Shown: positions 38,162-49,106 of the stretch, piece by piece
How the letters are laid out: every line of letters starts with the position of its first letter
Numbering within the stretch: the stretch's first letter is position 1
Assembly (NCBI GenBank): GCA_963743305.1
Contig: CAVUPH010000021.1
Span: 1 to 64,000, forward strand
Length of the DNA: 64,000 bases
Source of the DNA: an uncultured delta proteobacterium
GTDB taxonomy: Bacteria; Desulfobacterota; RBG-13-43-22
Direction of reading: 5' to 3'
Notes under the pieces: generated by a model
The model's database searches: none
What the model saw: the letters and a program-made list of their open reading frames with translations, nothing else
What the model was told of the DNA's origin: nothing
Made by a program: the position numbers and the translations under genes

Positions 38162-38530
38162 TTACAGCGTATCGACGGGGCTTACCACTCTGATTTCCGA
38201 CCGACTGGCGACTACCGGCAGGCGCAAGCCCTCGCGGGCCCGAGAAAAATCGCTAAAGTCGCCGATTTCCTTTCTGATCACCGTGCGGTAAAGAAAGACC
38301 ACAGCGTTCAGCGCCTGATTTTGGATGGCGCAAGAAGGCCTGGACGTGATCAGCTCCCGGCGAAGAAGGCTTCTGCCAGTGGTGAAAGAGGACAAACCGG
38401 CGAATCCAGGATACATAGTGCGGGATGGTCTTCTCCGTGCCCCGGATTCCCGCAGTACGGCAATGGTTCCCTCAGGCCGGCGCGGCTGGGGGGTCAATGG
38501 CGCCACGCCGCGGCGAGTCGTTTGAGGCAT
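38162..38530 (-). pseudogene. Degraded integron integrase N-terminal fragment
   Basis: TEKT..HYVSWIRRFVLFH in one frame; QNQALNAVVFLYR...RLPVVASRSE in another. Confidence 0.7.
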
Positions 38531-39491
38531 AGCATCCCTCCTCAATTGGGGTCATATGCGTCATGATTACATATGAGATTAAGGACTGTCAGGCATTTTT
38601 TTGAGGCATAGCATTCCCGGAGATGCTCAAGTGAGGCTCCGGGAGGCATCTGAAGCTACCCTAGAATGGCTAGTTCTAAGGGATTTCTGGCCGATACCTC
38701 GGTCTGAGGTCTTACATCTTCGAGAAGACCATACGACTGTCGAACTCTCTCGAAGAACGGCAAGTCGATGCCATCCGTTGGTCATGGGGCGGTCGTCTCA
38801 TGGGAAGCTACACACAGCGAGTCACCATTGCGGCTATTCTTGAACCCTTGCCAATGGCTTTCACGGAAGGCGCATGCAGGTAGTCCTTGCCGTCTATTGA
38901 GGCCCGGAATCAGACTTCTCACGGTATATGAAAGAGGGTTGGGCTTGAATGACTGGATGTCGATCTTCTTGCTGCCGCCCATCGGCCTCACTGGAGTCTC
39001 TCTCTGGACGTTAGACAGGAAACTAGACCAGGCCGCCGCTTGAACTGAATTGCAGCTATACCAAAGGCCGGATATCGCGACGAATTGGATCGAGGTAGCT
39101 GAGGCTGAGAAAGCATTATCCATAGCAGGAAAGTAACCAGGGCTGATGCAGGAAGAGCGGACCGGGCTAACGCCTGAAGTACGAAACGAAGGCGCAACAA
39201 ACCGTCGCCTTGCGGCGTTGCAACACTGGCGGGATCAGTACGGTGTCCACGGCGCCGCCGCTGGCCTAGCGTGCACCAACCAGGCTGGCATCGCGAAACA
39301 GCCGCGCAGGCGCCTTAACTCCGGCATTGGCTCACGGGCCTTCGGCCGCCGCAAGCTGCGTGCCACGGGTCAACGCCGCATTAAACCCCCATTCCCAGCA
39401 GGACACTTGCGAAGCGTGAAAATAGTTTAACCCGGGGATTCCCCGTCCGAGGGGAACACGGACGAGGGCGTCTGGGTTGCATCACGGGCGA

Positions 39492-40292
39492 TTATCCGAA
39501 ACGTCCGGTGATATAGTCCTCGGTCTGTCTCAGCTCGGGGCGGGTGAACAGCGTGGCGGTATCATTTATTTCGATCAGTTTGCCCAGGTAGAAGAAAGCG
39601 GTGATATCCGAGACCCGGGCGGCCTGCTGCATGTTGTGGGTGACGATGACGATCGTATATTTTTTTTTCAACTTCTGAATCAGGTCCTCGATCTTCTGCG
39701 TGGCGATCGGGTCCAGGGCCGAGGCCGGTTCGTCCATCAGGATCACTTCCGGCTGGACGGCCAGGGCCCGGGCGATGCACAGGCGCTGCTGCTGGCCGCC
39801 GGACAGACCCAGGGCCGACTCATACAACCGGTCCTTGACTTCATCCCAAATGGCGGAATCGACCAGGCTTTTTTCCACGATCTCGGCGATTTTCCGTTTG
39901 TCCTTCATCCCGTTGATGCGCAAGCCGTAAGCCACGTTGTCGAAGATACTCTTGGGAAAAGGATTGGACTTCTGAAAGACCATGCCCACCCGCCGACGGA
40001 CGTCCACCACATCCAGATCGCGGCCATAGAGGTTTTCCCCGTCCAGCAGAATCGTTCCCTCGATTCGGGTCCCCAGGATGGTTTCATTCATCCGGTTGAA
40101 ACAGCGCAGAAAGGTGCTCTTGCCGCAACCGGAGGGACCGATAAAGGCCGTGACCCGATGGGCAGGAATGTCCATGTTGATATTTTCCAGGGCTTTTTGA
40201 GAACCGTAATAAAAATCAAGATCTTTGACGCTGATTTTAATCGTGTGGCCATTGCCGTCGGCCGGCTTTCTGTCGATTCCAATAGAAACCAT
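39492..40292 (-). CDS. pstB: Phosphate ABC transporter ATPase
   Basis: [32 protein letters not shown]. Confidence 0.97.
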   Translation of the reverse strand: MVSIGIDRKPADGNGHTIKISVKDLDFYYGSQKALENINMDIPAHRVTAFIGPSGCGKSTFLRCFNRMNETILGTRIEGTILLDGENLYGRDLDVVDVRRRVGMVFQKSNPFPKSIFDNVAYGLRINGMKDKRKIAEIVEKSLVDSAIWDEVKDRLYESALGLSGGQQQRLCIARALAVQPEVILMDEPASALDPIATQKIEDLIQKLKKKYTIVIVTHNMQQAARVSDITAFFYLGKLIEINDTATLFTRPELRQTEDYITGRFG

Positions 40293-40294
40293 TA

Positions 40295-40411
40295 TTGACG
40301 AACTCCCAAAAAAACTGTCAACAAACCGAGGGCGATTAAGCCCCGGTCTGGGGTAGGGGGAACCATCCCCCGCCGAGCAGAAAGTCGTTTTTGGACTTTT
40401 GGCGAGGTCAA
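40295..40411. repeat. Family A outer shell with different internal sequence, between pstA and pstB
   Basis: TTGACGAACTCCCAAAAAA...GGACTTTTGGCGAGGTCAA. Confidence 0.5.
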
Positions 40412-40413
40412 CA

Positions 40414-41280
40414 TCATTGACCCAGTCGCGCTTTCTTTCGGAAATGATAGCGGATCAACACCGCTACCATGTTCAGGCAAAGGACGAGGGCGATCAAAAC
40501 CAGGGCGGTGCCGTAGGCTATCGGTCTGACCCGGGCGATGTCCTGATGTTGGGTCGATAGGATGTAGAGGTGGTAGGGCAGGGCCATGAACTGATCGAAC
40601 AGCGACTTAGGCAGGTCGGGGATGAAGAAGGCGGCCCCGGTAAATAGAATGGGAGCGGTTTCCCCGGCCGCCCGGGCCAGGCCCAGGATGGCCCCGGTCA
40701 ACATGCCCGGGATGGAGTAGGGCAGCACATTGGTGCGGATGGCCTGCCATTTGGTGGCCCCCAGGGCCAGGGCCCCGTCACGGTAGGGTTTGGGCACGGT
40801 CTTCAAGGCCTCTTCGCTGGCCGTGATCGTCCAAGGGAGCGTCAATAGCCCCAGGGTCATCCCGGCGGAGAGGATGCTGGCCCCGAAATGTAAAACCCGG
40901 ACGAACAGCGCCACTCCGAAGAGCCCATAGACGATCGAGGGCACGCCCGAAAGATTCCGAATTGACAGCCGGATCATGCGGACCAGCTTACCCTGGTGGG
41001 CATATTCGTTGAGATAGATGGCACTGAACATGCCCAGGGGAACGGCGAAGAGTACCGTAATCAGGCTTACCAGCAAGGTTCCCAGAAGGGCCGGAAAAAT
41101 GCCCCCCTGGGTCATGCCTTCGCGTGGCGGTTGGGACAGAAACTCCCAGTTGATCACCGATCCGCCGTGGTAAACGATATCCCAGAGGATTCCGAAAAGG
41201 GTGAGAACCACCAGCAGACCGCAGATCCCCAGCACGGCAAAACCGATCTTTTCCGTAATGGCTTTTTTATTCAGGTGCAC
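40414..41280 (-). CDS. pstA: Phosphate ABC permease
   Basis: [21 protein letters not shown]; GTG start. Confidence 0.95.
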   Translation of the reverse strand: MHLNKKAITEKIGFAVLGICGLLVVLTLFGILWDIVYHGGSVINWEFLSQPPREGMTQGGIFPALLGTLLVSLITVLFAVPLGMFSAIYLNEYAHQGKLVRMIRLSIRNLSGVPSIVYGLFGVALFVRVLHFGASILSAGMTLGLLTLPWTITASEEALKTVPKPYRDGALALGATKWQAIRTNVLPYSIPGMLTGAILGLARAAGETAPILFTGAAFFIPDLPKSLFDQFMALPYHLYILSTQHQDIARVRPIAYGTALVLIALVLCLNMVAVLIRYHFRKKARLGQ

Positions 41281-42176
41281 TAGCGTTCCACTTCCTGGTA
41301 TTTGGCCAGGACGATATCGGCGACCAGGTTGACTAGAAAGGTCATGATGAACAGGACGAAACCGATGACAAACAACCCGTGATAATGCTCCGAACCGAAC
41401 GGAACCTCCCCCAGTTCGATGGCGATGGTGGCGGTCATGGTGCGCACCGCCTCCAGGATGTGGGTCGGGGTTTTCAAGGCGTTCCCGGTGGCCATGAGGA
41501 CGGTCATGGTCTCTCCGATGGCCCGTCCCATGCCGAGCATGACCGAGGCAATGATCCCGGAAAGGGCCGAGGGAACCACGACCCGGATCAGGGTCTGCCA
41601 CTTGGAGGCCCCCAGGGCCAGAGAGGCCTCTTTGTAGGCCCGGGGCACCGAGGAGATGGCGTCTTCGGAGATGCTGATGATCGTGGGCAGGCTCATTACC
41701 GCCAGCAGGATGGCCCCATTGAGGGCGTTCAGGCCGTTAGGGAGGTGGAAGACCCGCGCGATCCAGGGGCCGATGATGACGATCCCCAGAAACCCCAAGA
41801 CCACCGAAGGGATCCCGGCCAGGACTTCGATGACCGGCTTCAGGATTTCTCGCACCCAGTTCGGGGCCACCTCCGAAAGATAGGCCGCGCAGCCCAAACC
41901 CACAGGGACGGCCAAGAGGAGGGCTAGAAAGGTGACCATCAGAGTGCTGATGATCATGGCCCCCAGGCCGTAGGTCTCCAGCACGAAGGAGGTGGGGTTC
42001 CAGGTCATGCGGATGAAGCTGGCGGCCCCCAGTTCACGCAGGGCCGGCAGCCCGTCCTTAAACAGAATAAAGAAAATACCCAGAAGGATCAGGATGGACA
42101 GTACCCCATTGAATTGAAAAAAACGGTGGATGGAGGCATCCTGAAATTGTCGCCAGTTCCGGGTCATTCCGGGCAT
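41280..42176 (-). CDS. pstC: Phosphate ABC permease
   Basis: LAGIPSVVLG, GRAIGETM; start uncertain. Confidence 0.95.
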   Translation of the reverse strand: MPGMTRNWRQFQDASIHRFFQFNGVLSILILLGIFFILFKDGLPALRELGAASFIRMTWNPTSFVLETYGLGAMIISTLMVTFLALLLAVPVGLGCAAYLSEVAPNWVREILKPVIEVLAGIPSVVLGFLGIVIIGPWIARVFHLPNGLNALNGAILLAVMSLPTIISISEDAISSVPRAYKEASLALGASKWQTLIRVVVPSALSGIIASVMLGMGRAIGETMTVLMATGNALKTPTHILEAVRTMTATIAIELGEVPFGSEHYHGLFVIGFVLFIMTFLVNLVADIVLAKYQEVER

Positions 42177-42192
42177 ATCCAGGGTAGCGCCG

Positions 42193-43092
42193 TTAGAAGC
42201 CGAACTGGGCATTGTATTTTTTCCATTGAGCGGTCAAGGGATAAAAGCCGTCCTTCTTGGTGATGGCCAGGCCTTCCGCGCTGAGCTCGTACTTGATGAA
42301 CCCCTCGACCTTGGCTTGATTGTTCTTGTCGAAATACTGATACAGCGGCCGGGTGATAGGGTAAGAGCCGCTGAGAATATTCTCCAGCTTTAAGGGGGAA
42401 GCCGGAGTGCTGCGGCTGTCCTTGGCCACCTCCAGGACGTTGATGCCGGCCACGACTTTTCCGGCGTCATCCACCACGTAGCCGATCCCCACGTAGCCGA
42501 TTCCGCCGGCGTCGTTCTTGACCGCTTCCAGGATCTGGGCGTTGCCGTTCATCTGATTCATCTTGTTGGAATAATCACTTTTGACGATGTGCTCGCGAAA
42601 GAAGACGAAGGTCCCGGAATTCGGCTGGCGCCCGTAGAGGGTGATAGCGGAATCCGGTCCCCCCAACTGCTTCCAGTTGGAAACCTCCCCCCGGTAAATC
42701 TGCCCGATCAGGTCAGTCGTCAGGTGTTTGATGGGATTCTTGGCGTTGACGATCACCGAGAGGCCGTCCACGGCAAAGGCTACCCCGACGGGATTGACAC
42801 CGTTGGCCTTGGCTTTGGCGATTTCCGAGTCCTTCATGGGGCGGGAGGCGTTGCAAAGATCGGTCGTCTTGTTGATAATGGCGGCAATTCCGACGCCCGA
42901 TCCCCCGCCCGTTACCGCGATGCTCACATTGGGGTCTTTCTTCATATAATTTTCCGCCAAACGCTGAACAAGGTTTACTTCCGTGTCCGAACCCTTCACC
43001 TGCAAGAAGTTCTTGGCCTCGGCCTGGACGGTTGGCATCCAGAGACCCAGCAACAGCCCGGTGGTCAATACGGTCAATATCTTTTTCATCAT
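42193..43092 (-). CDS. pstS: Phosphate-binding protein
   Basis: KGSDT, GGGSGVG, SGT, YPITRPLY. Confidence 0.95.
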   Translation of the reverse strand: MMKKILTVLTTGLLLGLWMPTVQAEAKNFLQVKGSDTEVNLVQRLAENYMKKDPNVSIAVTGGGSGVGIAAIINKTTDLCNASRPMKDSEIAKAKANGVNPVGVAFAVDGLSVIVNAKNPIKHLTTDLIGQIYRGEVSNWKQLGGPDSAITLYGRQPNSGTFVFFREHIVKSDYSNKMNQMNGNAQILEAVKNDAGGIGYVGIGYVVDDAGKVVAGINVLEVAKDSRSTPASPLKLENILSGSYPITRPLYQYFDKNNQAKVEGFIKYELSAEGLAITKKDGFYPLTAQWKKYNAQFGF

Positions 43093-43138
43093 GTGGTCAT
43101 CCTCCTTATTATTTATTCAATGATGTTAAGTTCTGATT

Positions 43139-43177
43139 GTTACAGTCCTGTTACAAAACGATGAAAAACAGATTACA
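43139..43177 (-). promoter_or_regulatory. Pho-box array upstream of pstS
   Basis: Four TGTAAY-like units with 11-bp period. Confidence 0.7.
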
Positions 43178-43421
43178 TTTCCAGTGATTGCACCTCCTTT
43201 CCTTTGCTTGCTGGTTCGCCCTGTTGGGAGGGCACCCTTCATCTCAGTTCTGGCCTCCAGGTCTCGGCAAAAGGGTTTTCCTTGAGAATCCCAGGACCCG
43301 GGACGTATGAATATTTTCCGTTGGTTCCTGCCTTCGATCAATGTAATGCGCATCGGTAACGTTTCGGTGTTCGCTAGGTTACATTTAGGAGAACTTTCCG
43401 CCTTACCGTTCCGATCCAAAG

Positions 43422-43460
43422 TGTCACCCTTTTTTCATTCAGCCTTCACCGCTTTGTAAC
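43422..43460 (+). promoter_or_regulatory. Pho-box array upstream of the porin-like gene
   Basis: TGTCAC/TTTCAT/CTTCAC/TGTAAC with 11-bp period. Confidence 0.7.
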
Positions 43461-43536
43461 CTGAGGCGACTACAGTCTCCTTCCCAATAGCCCTGCGAAA
43501 GGGAAAATTTCCATGGGGAAAGAGAAAGGAGAAGGC

Positions 43537-44802
43537 ATGATGAGGAGAAAGATTTGTTTGTGGTTAATGATTTTTGGGTTCCTGGGGTTTCTGGGGAGCC
43601 GGCATCAGGTCCAGGCGGGTGAAGTCGACGCCCTGCACCTGATCAACCTCTTGAAACAAAAAGGCGTCCTGACCCAGGAAGAGGCGGACGGGCTGATGAA
43701 GGAGGCCCGCAAACAGGCCCAGACGGAGAAGGCGGAACTGAAGGAAGAGATCAAGAAGGAAGGCGAAAAAGGGTCCTACCTGCCGAAGGCCTTGAAGGAC
43801 TTCGGGTTCAGCACCACCATGTATGCCGAGTATAACCTGAAGGATACGGAAGGGGGAAAGACCCAGAACCAGTTCCTGCTGAACCGGCTCTACCTGACCT
43901 TCAAGAAGAAGGTCACTCCCTGGCTGGGTTTCAATGCGACCACCGACATCTTCACTTCCAAGGACGCCAACGACGTCGGTAACGGCTTGGAAGTCAGGAT
44001 GAAGTATGCCATGGCCCAACTCTACCTGGGCGGCACGACCACGGAACTCGGTTTGATCCACACCGCCTCGGACATGTACGACTCCGACATCTGGCCCTAC
44101 CGGGTCCAGGGCAAGCACTTCCTGGACCGTCACGGCATCCAGGCCTCGGCGGATTACGGGGTCGGCATCCTGGGACCCTTCGGGCCGACAGTGGACAAAA
44201 AGGACTACTACGGTTCCAGTAACTACAACGGGAAATGGGGCGGCTACCAGGTCGGCGTGTACAACGGCCCGGGGTACGACAACCCGGGGGATAACAACAA
44301 CAATAAAGTGATTTCCGGTCTGGTATACTTCCGGCCCCTGCCCAACATCGACCAGATGAAGGGGCTCCAGTTGGCCTACGTGGGGAGCTACGGTCAGAGC
44401 GACAAAAACTTCACCACCAAGGGAAAAACCAACGATTTTCCCGACTGGCAGATCAACATCGGCCAGCTCTCCTACCAGCACAAGTGGTTCACCCTGATGG
44501 GCCAATATTACTGGGGCAAAGGGACCAAGAACTCGACCGAGGACAATGACCGCACCGGTTGGGTGGCCGCTGGTTTTGTACAGATCCCCGGGGCCGAAAA
44601 GATGCGGCTCTTCGGCAAAGTGGATTACTACGACCCCAATAAAGACGTATCCAATGATGGAGTAACGACTTATATCGCCGGTATCTCCTACGACCTGACC
44701 AAAGAGTTCATGCCCTTTATTGCCTGGGAACGGACCGACAATGAAAATCCCAAGACGGGCGACAGCAACATGTACCAGATAGGCTTTCAGTATAAGTTTT
44801 AA
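43537..44802 (+). CDS. Putative phosphate-regulated outer-membrane porin
   Basis: Signal peptide, LLKQKGVLTQEE coiled N-terminus, beta-barrel character, terminal FQYKF. Confidence 0.75.
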   Translation: MMRRKICLWLMIFGFLGFLGSRHQVQAGEVDALHLINLLKQKGVLTQEEADGLMKEARKQAQTEKAELKEEIKKEGEKGSYLPKALKDFGFSTTMYAEYNLKDTEGGKTQNQFLLNRLYLTFKKKVTPWLGFNATTDIFTSKDANDVGNGLEVRMKYAMAQLYLGGTTTELGLIHTASDMYDSDIWPYRVQGKHFLDRHGIQASADYGVGILGPFGPTVDKKDYYGSSNYNGKWGGYQVGVYNGPGYDNPGDNNNNKVISGLVYFRPLPNIDQMKGLQLAYVGSYGQSDKNFTTKGKTNDFPDWQINIGQLSYQHKWFTLMGQYYWGKGTKNSTEDNDRTGWVAAGFVQIPGAEKMRLFGKVDYYDPNKDVSNDGVTTYIAGISYDLTKEFMPFIAWERTDNENPKTGDSNMYQIGFQYKF

Positions 44803-44849
44803 AAAAATAGCCCGAAAAACCCGGACCATTTTTTTAATAAGCGCTAAAT

Positions 44850-44885
44850 AAAAAAAGCCCGGGACAGGGATCCCGGGCTTTTTTT
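44850..44885. terminator. Bidirectional intrinsic terminator
   Basis: AAAAAAAGCCCGGGA-CAGGGA-TCCCGGGCTTTTTTT. Confidence 0.85.
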
Positions 44886-44979
44886 ATTGGAGTTGCATCT
44901 CAGGGAAAAGGAACCTTCGAATTTTGACGGTTTCGCAACAAGAAATTAGACTATTGGTGAAATATCGATAACGGTGTGG

Positions 44980-46770
44980 TTACTTTTTGGGAAAGGTCAG
45001 GGTGAAGGTGGAACCCCGACCCAGTTCGCTTTGGGCCTCGACGGTCCCCTTGTGGGCTTCGACGATGTGTTTGACGATAGACAGCCCCAGCCCGGTGCCG
45101 CCCATTTCCCGGGATCGATCCCGATCCACCCGATAGAAGCGCTCGAAAATACGGGCCAGGTGTTCCTTGGGAATCCCAAGTCCGGTATCGGTCACGGAGA
45201 TCACCAGCGATTTTTCGGCTTCCCGGGCGGACAAGTGTACCTCTCCTCCGGGAGGGGTATATTTAACGGCATTATCCAATAAGTTGAAAACCGCCTGTTG
45301 CACTCGGTCCCGCTCCCAGAACAAGGAACATCCTTCGGAAATGCCGGACAGGTCCAGCGTCAAGGTAATGTTTTTTTCCTGGGCGAGATCCGAGACGGAA
45401 TGGAGGGCCGATTTTAAGACTTCCGCCACGTCGACTTCGTCCAAGAACATCTCCGCCCGTTCCTGTCCTTCCAATTTGGCCAAATCCAGAAGATCGGAAA
45501 CGAGGTAGTTCATTCGCCGAACATTTTTTTGAAGGATGGTAAAGAACTTGGCGGTATCCTGGTCTGGCGTGGGAAGAATGGCCAGTAGGGTTTCCAAGGC
45601 GCCATTGATGGCCGTCAAGGGGGTCCGCAGTTCATGAGAGGCGTTGGCCACAAAATCCTGCCGGACTTTGAGCAGGTGTTTGAGATCGGTAATGTCATGA
45701 AAAATGACCACGGCGCCCTGGGGTAATTGGACCGAGATCAAGGGCACGATTTGGACCTCAAAGAAACGGGGGGACTCCCATCCCAGACTAATCTGCAGGC
45801 GGTGAAACGATTCCCCCTGGAGGATGGCATCCACGCCATTCTGCAATTCGGCGTTCATGAAGATTTCCTGGACGGTTCTATTCTCCCACTGGATCTTTCC
45901 GCCCAGGAGATTCCGTAGAAAAGGGTTGATCAAGGTGATCAACCCTTTTCCATTGGTCACCAGGACCCCTTCCCGCATGGCCAGAAGGATGGCCCGCAAA
46001 CGGCTGGTTTCGGCATCCAATAAGTCCAGTTTGCCCCGCAGGTCGCGGGACATCTTCTCCAGGGAAAGGGCCAGGGGGGTGAACTCACTCTGGAGGAACA
46101 AATGAAGGGGTTGTTTCAAGTGGCCCTCGGCCATCTGTTCCGCCATGACGGTCAGTTCCTTCAGCGGTTGACTCATCCACCAGAGAAGAAAGACGCCAAA
46201 GAGGAGAGAGAGTAGACTCACGAGTCCGGCCAGAAGAATCACCTTCTGGCGAAAGACCCGAACCGTGTCCTCCAAAGTTGTCAAGGGCCGTGCCAGACGG
46301 ACAAACCCGATCAGGGTATTACCCTGGTAAAGGGGTGCGGCGGCAAACAGAGCGGTGATATTCATGAAAGGACTGTGGCGGATGATATCCCCGTAGCCTT
46401 TTTCCCGGGCCATAATGATTTCGGGTCGATGGCTGTAATCTTCGGTCAGATCCCGTTGTTGGGGGTCCCGGGTGGAATCCCAGAGCAGACGACCGTCGGC
46501 TGAGATGACCGATATCCTTTCCCCCAAATTCCGCGCGACTTCCCCGGCCAACCGATCGATCCGGGTCCTATCCCTGGGGAACTGGCGAAGGGGATCTTGG
46601 AGGGATTGGGCGGCATGGCTCAGGTCTTTTCTCGATTGTTCCTTGAATTGGCCCAGGAGTAAAGATCGGAGGTTGGAACTCAAATGGGAAGAGAACAGGG
46701 CGATCATCACCCCGGCACATAAAACAAACAGCCCGAAATATTTCCAGTAACGTTTGAGCCACATAAGCAA
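44980..46770 (-). CDS. phoR: Phosphate regulon sensor kinase
   Basis: HAMP, PAS, FVANASHELRTPL, FERFYRVD..RSR. Confidence 0.9.
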   Translation of the reverse strand: MLMWLKRYWKYFGLFVLCAGVMIALFSSHLSSNLRSLLLGQFKEQSRKDLSHAAQSLQDPLRQFPRDRTRIDRLAGEVARNLGERISVISADGRLLWDSTRDPQQRDLTEDYSHRPEIIMAREKGYGDIIRHSPFMNITALFAAAPLYQGNTLIGFVRLARPLTTLEDTVRVFRQKVILLAGLVSLLSLLFGVFLLWWMSQPLKELTVMAEQMAEGHLKQPLHLFLQSEFTPLALSLEKMSRDLRGKLDLLDAETSRLRAILLAMREGVLVTNGKGLITLINPFLRNLLGGKIQWENRTVQEIFMNAELQNGVDAILQGESFHRLQISLGWESPRFFEVQIVPLISVQLPQGAVVIFHDITDLKHLLKVRQDFVANASHELRTPLTAINGALETLLAILPTPDQDTAKFFTILQKNVRRMNYLVSDLLDLAKLEGQERAEMFLDEVDVAEVLKSALHSVSDLAQEKNITLTLDLSGISEGCSLFWERDRVQQAVFNLLDNAVKYTPPGGEVHLSAREAEKSLVISVTDTGLGIPKEHLARIFERFYRVDRDRSREMGGTGLGLSIVKHIVEAHKGTVEAQSELGRGSTFTLTFPKK

Positions 46771-46775
46771 CGCGA

Positions 46776-47474
46776 TTATTCCAGTGCCTGAAATCGGTAG
46801 CCGACTCCGCGGACGGTTTCAATCAGATTTTGGGCCTCCCCCATTTTTTTCCGAACCCGGCGGATATGGGTATCGATGGTGCGGCCATACCCCTCAAAGG
46901 AATATCCCCAGACTCGATCCAAAAGCATTTCCCGGGTCTGGACCCTCCCCCGGTGACGCAGGAGATAGACCAGGAGACGGAATTCCGTGGCCGTTAATTC
47001 CAATAATTGATCATTGAGGCGGGCGGTATGGGCGTCCAGATCCAGGACCAGAGGGTCCGCTTTGAGGATAGCCGGAGCCGCTTGCTTTTCCCTGCGCTCC
47101 AATAATTTTCGGATACGCAGCACCACTTCCCGGAGGCTGAAGGGTTTGACCACGTAATCGTCGGCTCCGAGTTCCAGGCCCACCACGCGGTCCAGCTCCT
47201 CCCCTTTGGCCGTTACCATAATAATCGGGAGGCGTTGCAACTCCGGGTCTTTTTTTAGGGTGCGGCAAACCTCCAGCCCATCCACTCCGGGCAACATCAG
47301 ATCCAGGAGGATGATGTCCGGCGTATGTTTGCGGGCCAGCTCCAAGGCCTGTTCTCCGTCCTCCGCCAGGAAAAGGGTATACCCCGCTTTCTCCAGATTA
47401 AAGCGGAGCAGTTCCCGGATATCCGGATCGTCCTCAACAATCAATATCTTAGACATGGTTGCTATTTTTGTCAT
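46776..47474 (-). CDS. phoB: Phosphate regulon response regulator (OmpR family)
   Basis: LDLMLP, GADDY, RTIDTHIRR, ETVRGVGY; pst context. Confidence 0.88.
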   Translation of the reverse strand: MTKIATMSKILIVEDDPDIRELLRFNLEKAGYTLFLAEDGEQALELARKHTPDIILLDLMLPGVDGLEVCRTLKKDPELQRLPIIMVTAKGEELDRVVGLELGADDYVVKPFSLREVVLRIRKLLERREKQAAPAILKADPLVLDLDAHTARLNDQLLELTATEFRLLVYLLRHRGRVQTREMLLDRVWGYSFEGYGRTIDTHIRRVRKKMGEAQNLIETVRGVGYRFQALE

Positions 47475-47537
47475 TTTATAACCTGTTCTCCGTTCTGTCC
47501 ATAAAAAATACTCCTGATAGACCGTAGCGGCGACAGG

Positions 47538-48308
47538 TTACCATTGGGTGACAATTAGGCGTTTTTTCGGTTTTATTTGGCCGAGGATCACCCGTTCGAT
47601 CCGTCCATTCCCTTTCCTGAGGATGGACTCAGCCAGATGCCGGAGGGGGTGGATATCGACTTGGGAATCCATTTGATTCAAGAAGACCAGCGCCCGCATT
47701 CCGGGCTTCCAGCCCTTGAGCCCTCCCTGCGGGTGCGTAGCCAGGTTCGCCAGGCCTTCCACCGTAATCGGGTTTTCAGGATGAATCCCGGCCAGGCGGT
47801 TGATTATTTCCGGGCGGAAGGCCCAGGTCGAATTCAACGGTTGTCCAAGGGCGGAAAGACCGAAGACGGAGATGAAACAAGTAGATTCCGGAGGAACCAG
47901 TGGTTCGTTTTGGCTGGGGGCCTTAATCGGTCGCCGGGCCGAACCGTCGGCTTCCACGATGAGATAGTCAGCCCAACCCCGGGTCCAGAGATGACCCAGG
48001 TCGGCCAGCGTACCACCGAGGAGTTTATTCTCGGGGCTCCGCCCGGCAGCCCAGGTGATATGGCCGTAGTGGAATAGTTCCCTTTCCAGGGTCGAAAAAA
48101 TTTCCGGGTCCCCTAAGAGCAGCCGAGGAGATTCTTCCGGCAGGGGGGGGAAAATTTTGGTGGTAGTTGTGGTGATCACCCGTCGGTCCCGGACCCGGAG
48201 TTCCCCGGCCAGGGCGAACATCAAGGTGGTTTTGCCGCCGGCCCCGACCAGGCTGATCAATTCCCTGGGGCCCAGGGCTAAGGCTTCGCTAAGGGAGAAA
48301 GAGGTTAT
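47538..48308 (-). CDS. yqeC: Selenium cofactor biosynthesis protein YqeC
   Basis: SLVGAGGKTT, TTTTKI, VEADGS..PIKAP; start uncertain (TTG 48260 or ATA 48308). Confidence 0.88.
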   Translation of the reverse strand: MTSFSLSEALALGPRELISLVGAGGKTTLMFALAGELRVRDRRVITTTTTKIFPPLPEESPRLLLGDPEIFSTLERELFHYGHITWAAGRSPENKLLGGTLADLGHLWTRGWADYLIVEADGSARRPIKAPSQNEPLVPPESTCFISVFGLSALGQPLNSTWAFRPEIINRLAGIHPENPITVEGLANLATHPQGGLKGWKPGMRALVFLNQMDSQVDIHPLRHLAESILRKGNGRIERVILGQIKPKKRLIVTQW

Positions 48309-49105
48309 TGATTGAACCGCCGTAAAATGCCTTCCAGGACCGCCCCACCGATAGCCCGGGCCTTTTCCGAAATGGTCTGAAAATAAAGAGGGTTCCCCCG
48401 CGGGTCCACATCCCCGATCTTGAGCCCCGCGTTCACCGGGGTCCCGCTGCGGATCAGCCCGCGGAGAATCCCGGAGATCCGAGCCGGGACGGGGATCCCG
48501 TCCACTTCCGCCACCACTTCCTCTGCTTCCACCCCATCCCCAAGGTTTTTCAAGAGGTTTATAATTCCAGCCACCGGCGCCCGCAAAACCCGTTCGCCTG
48601 AAAAACCGCCGATGGTCCCTGGAATCCCGGTGTCCGGCTCCGCTTCGCCCTCGGTATACAGACGCCCCAGATTATGGCCGCGTTGGGTTTCCACCACCAG
48701 GTGGGCATCAATCCCGGCCCGAAACCCGGGGCCCAGTCCGATAACCAGCGGGGCGTCGGTGATCCGGGTCCCGAGGTTTTTCTTGGCCAGGATGGCGTCC
48801 ACCAGGACCTCCGGTTTCAGCTTGAGGGCCTGGGAAAGCTCGGGGTCGATCAGCAACGGAATCCGCTTGCTCCGCCAGACCGCGGCGCACTCCTCCAAGT
48901 GTGGGATGCGAACGGCCTCAACCCCTTCCACGGACTGGCTCCCTTCGTAAACCGCTTCGCAAAAGGAAACCCCCCGGCGCACAGCCAGGGGTTGCGGGAT
49001 CTCGGTCAGGAGGACCTGAAAATGAGACTGAAAAAGGCGCCAGGCCACCCCGCTGGCCATCTCTCCCGCGCCGCGAATAAGCACCCTCAGACCCGATAGG
49101 TTCAT
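48305..49105 (-). CDS. yqeB: Selenium-dependent molybdenum cofactor protein YqeB
   Basis: IRGAGEMASG, DAILAKKNLGT, ETQRGHNLG, KIGDVDPR. Confidence 0.93.
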   Translation of the reverse strand: MNLSGLRVLIRGAGEMASGVAWRLFQSHFQVLLTEIPQPLAVRRGVSFCEAVYEGSQSVEGVEAVRIPHLEECAAVWRSKRIPLLIDPELSQALKLKPEVLVDAILAKKNLGTRITDAPLVIGLGPGFRAGIDAHLVVETQRGHNLGRLYTEGEAEPDTGIPGTIGGFSGERVLRAPVAGIINLLKNLGDGVEAEEVVAEVDGIPVPARISGILRGLIRSGTPVNAGLKIGDVDPRGNPLYFQTISEKARAIGGAVLEGILRRFNQ

Positions 49106-49106
49106 A

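Noticed and set aside
43564-44829. 421-aa minus-strand ORF
   Set aside because: Antisense shadow of the porin-like gene, explained by codon bias
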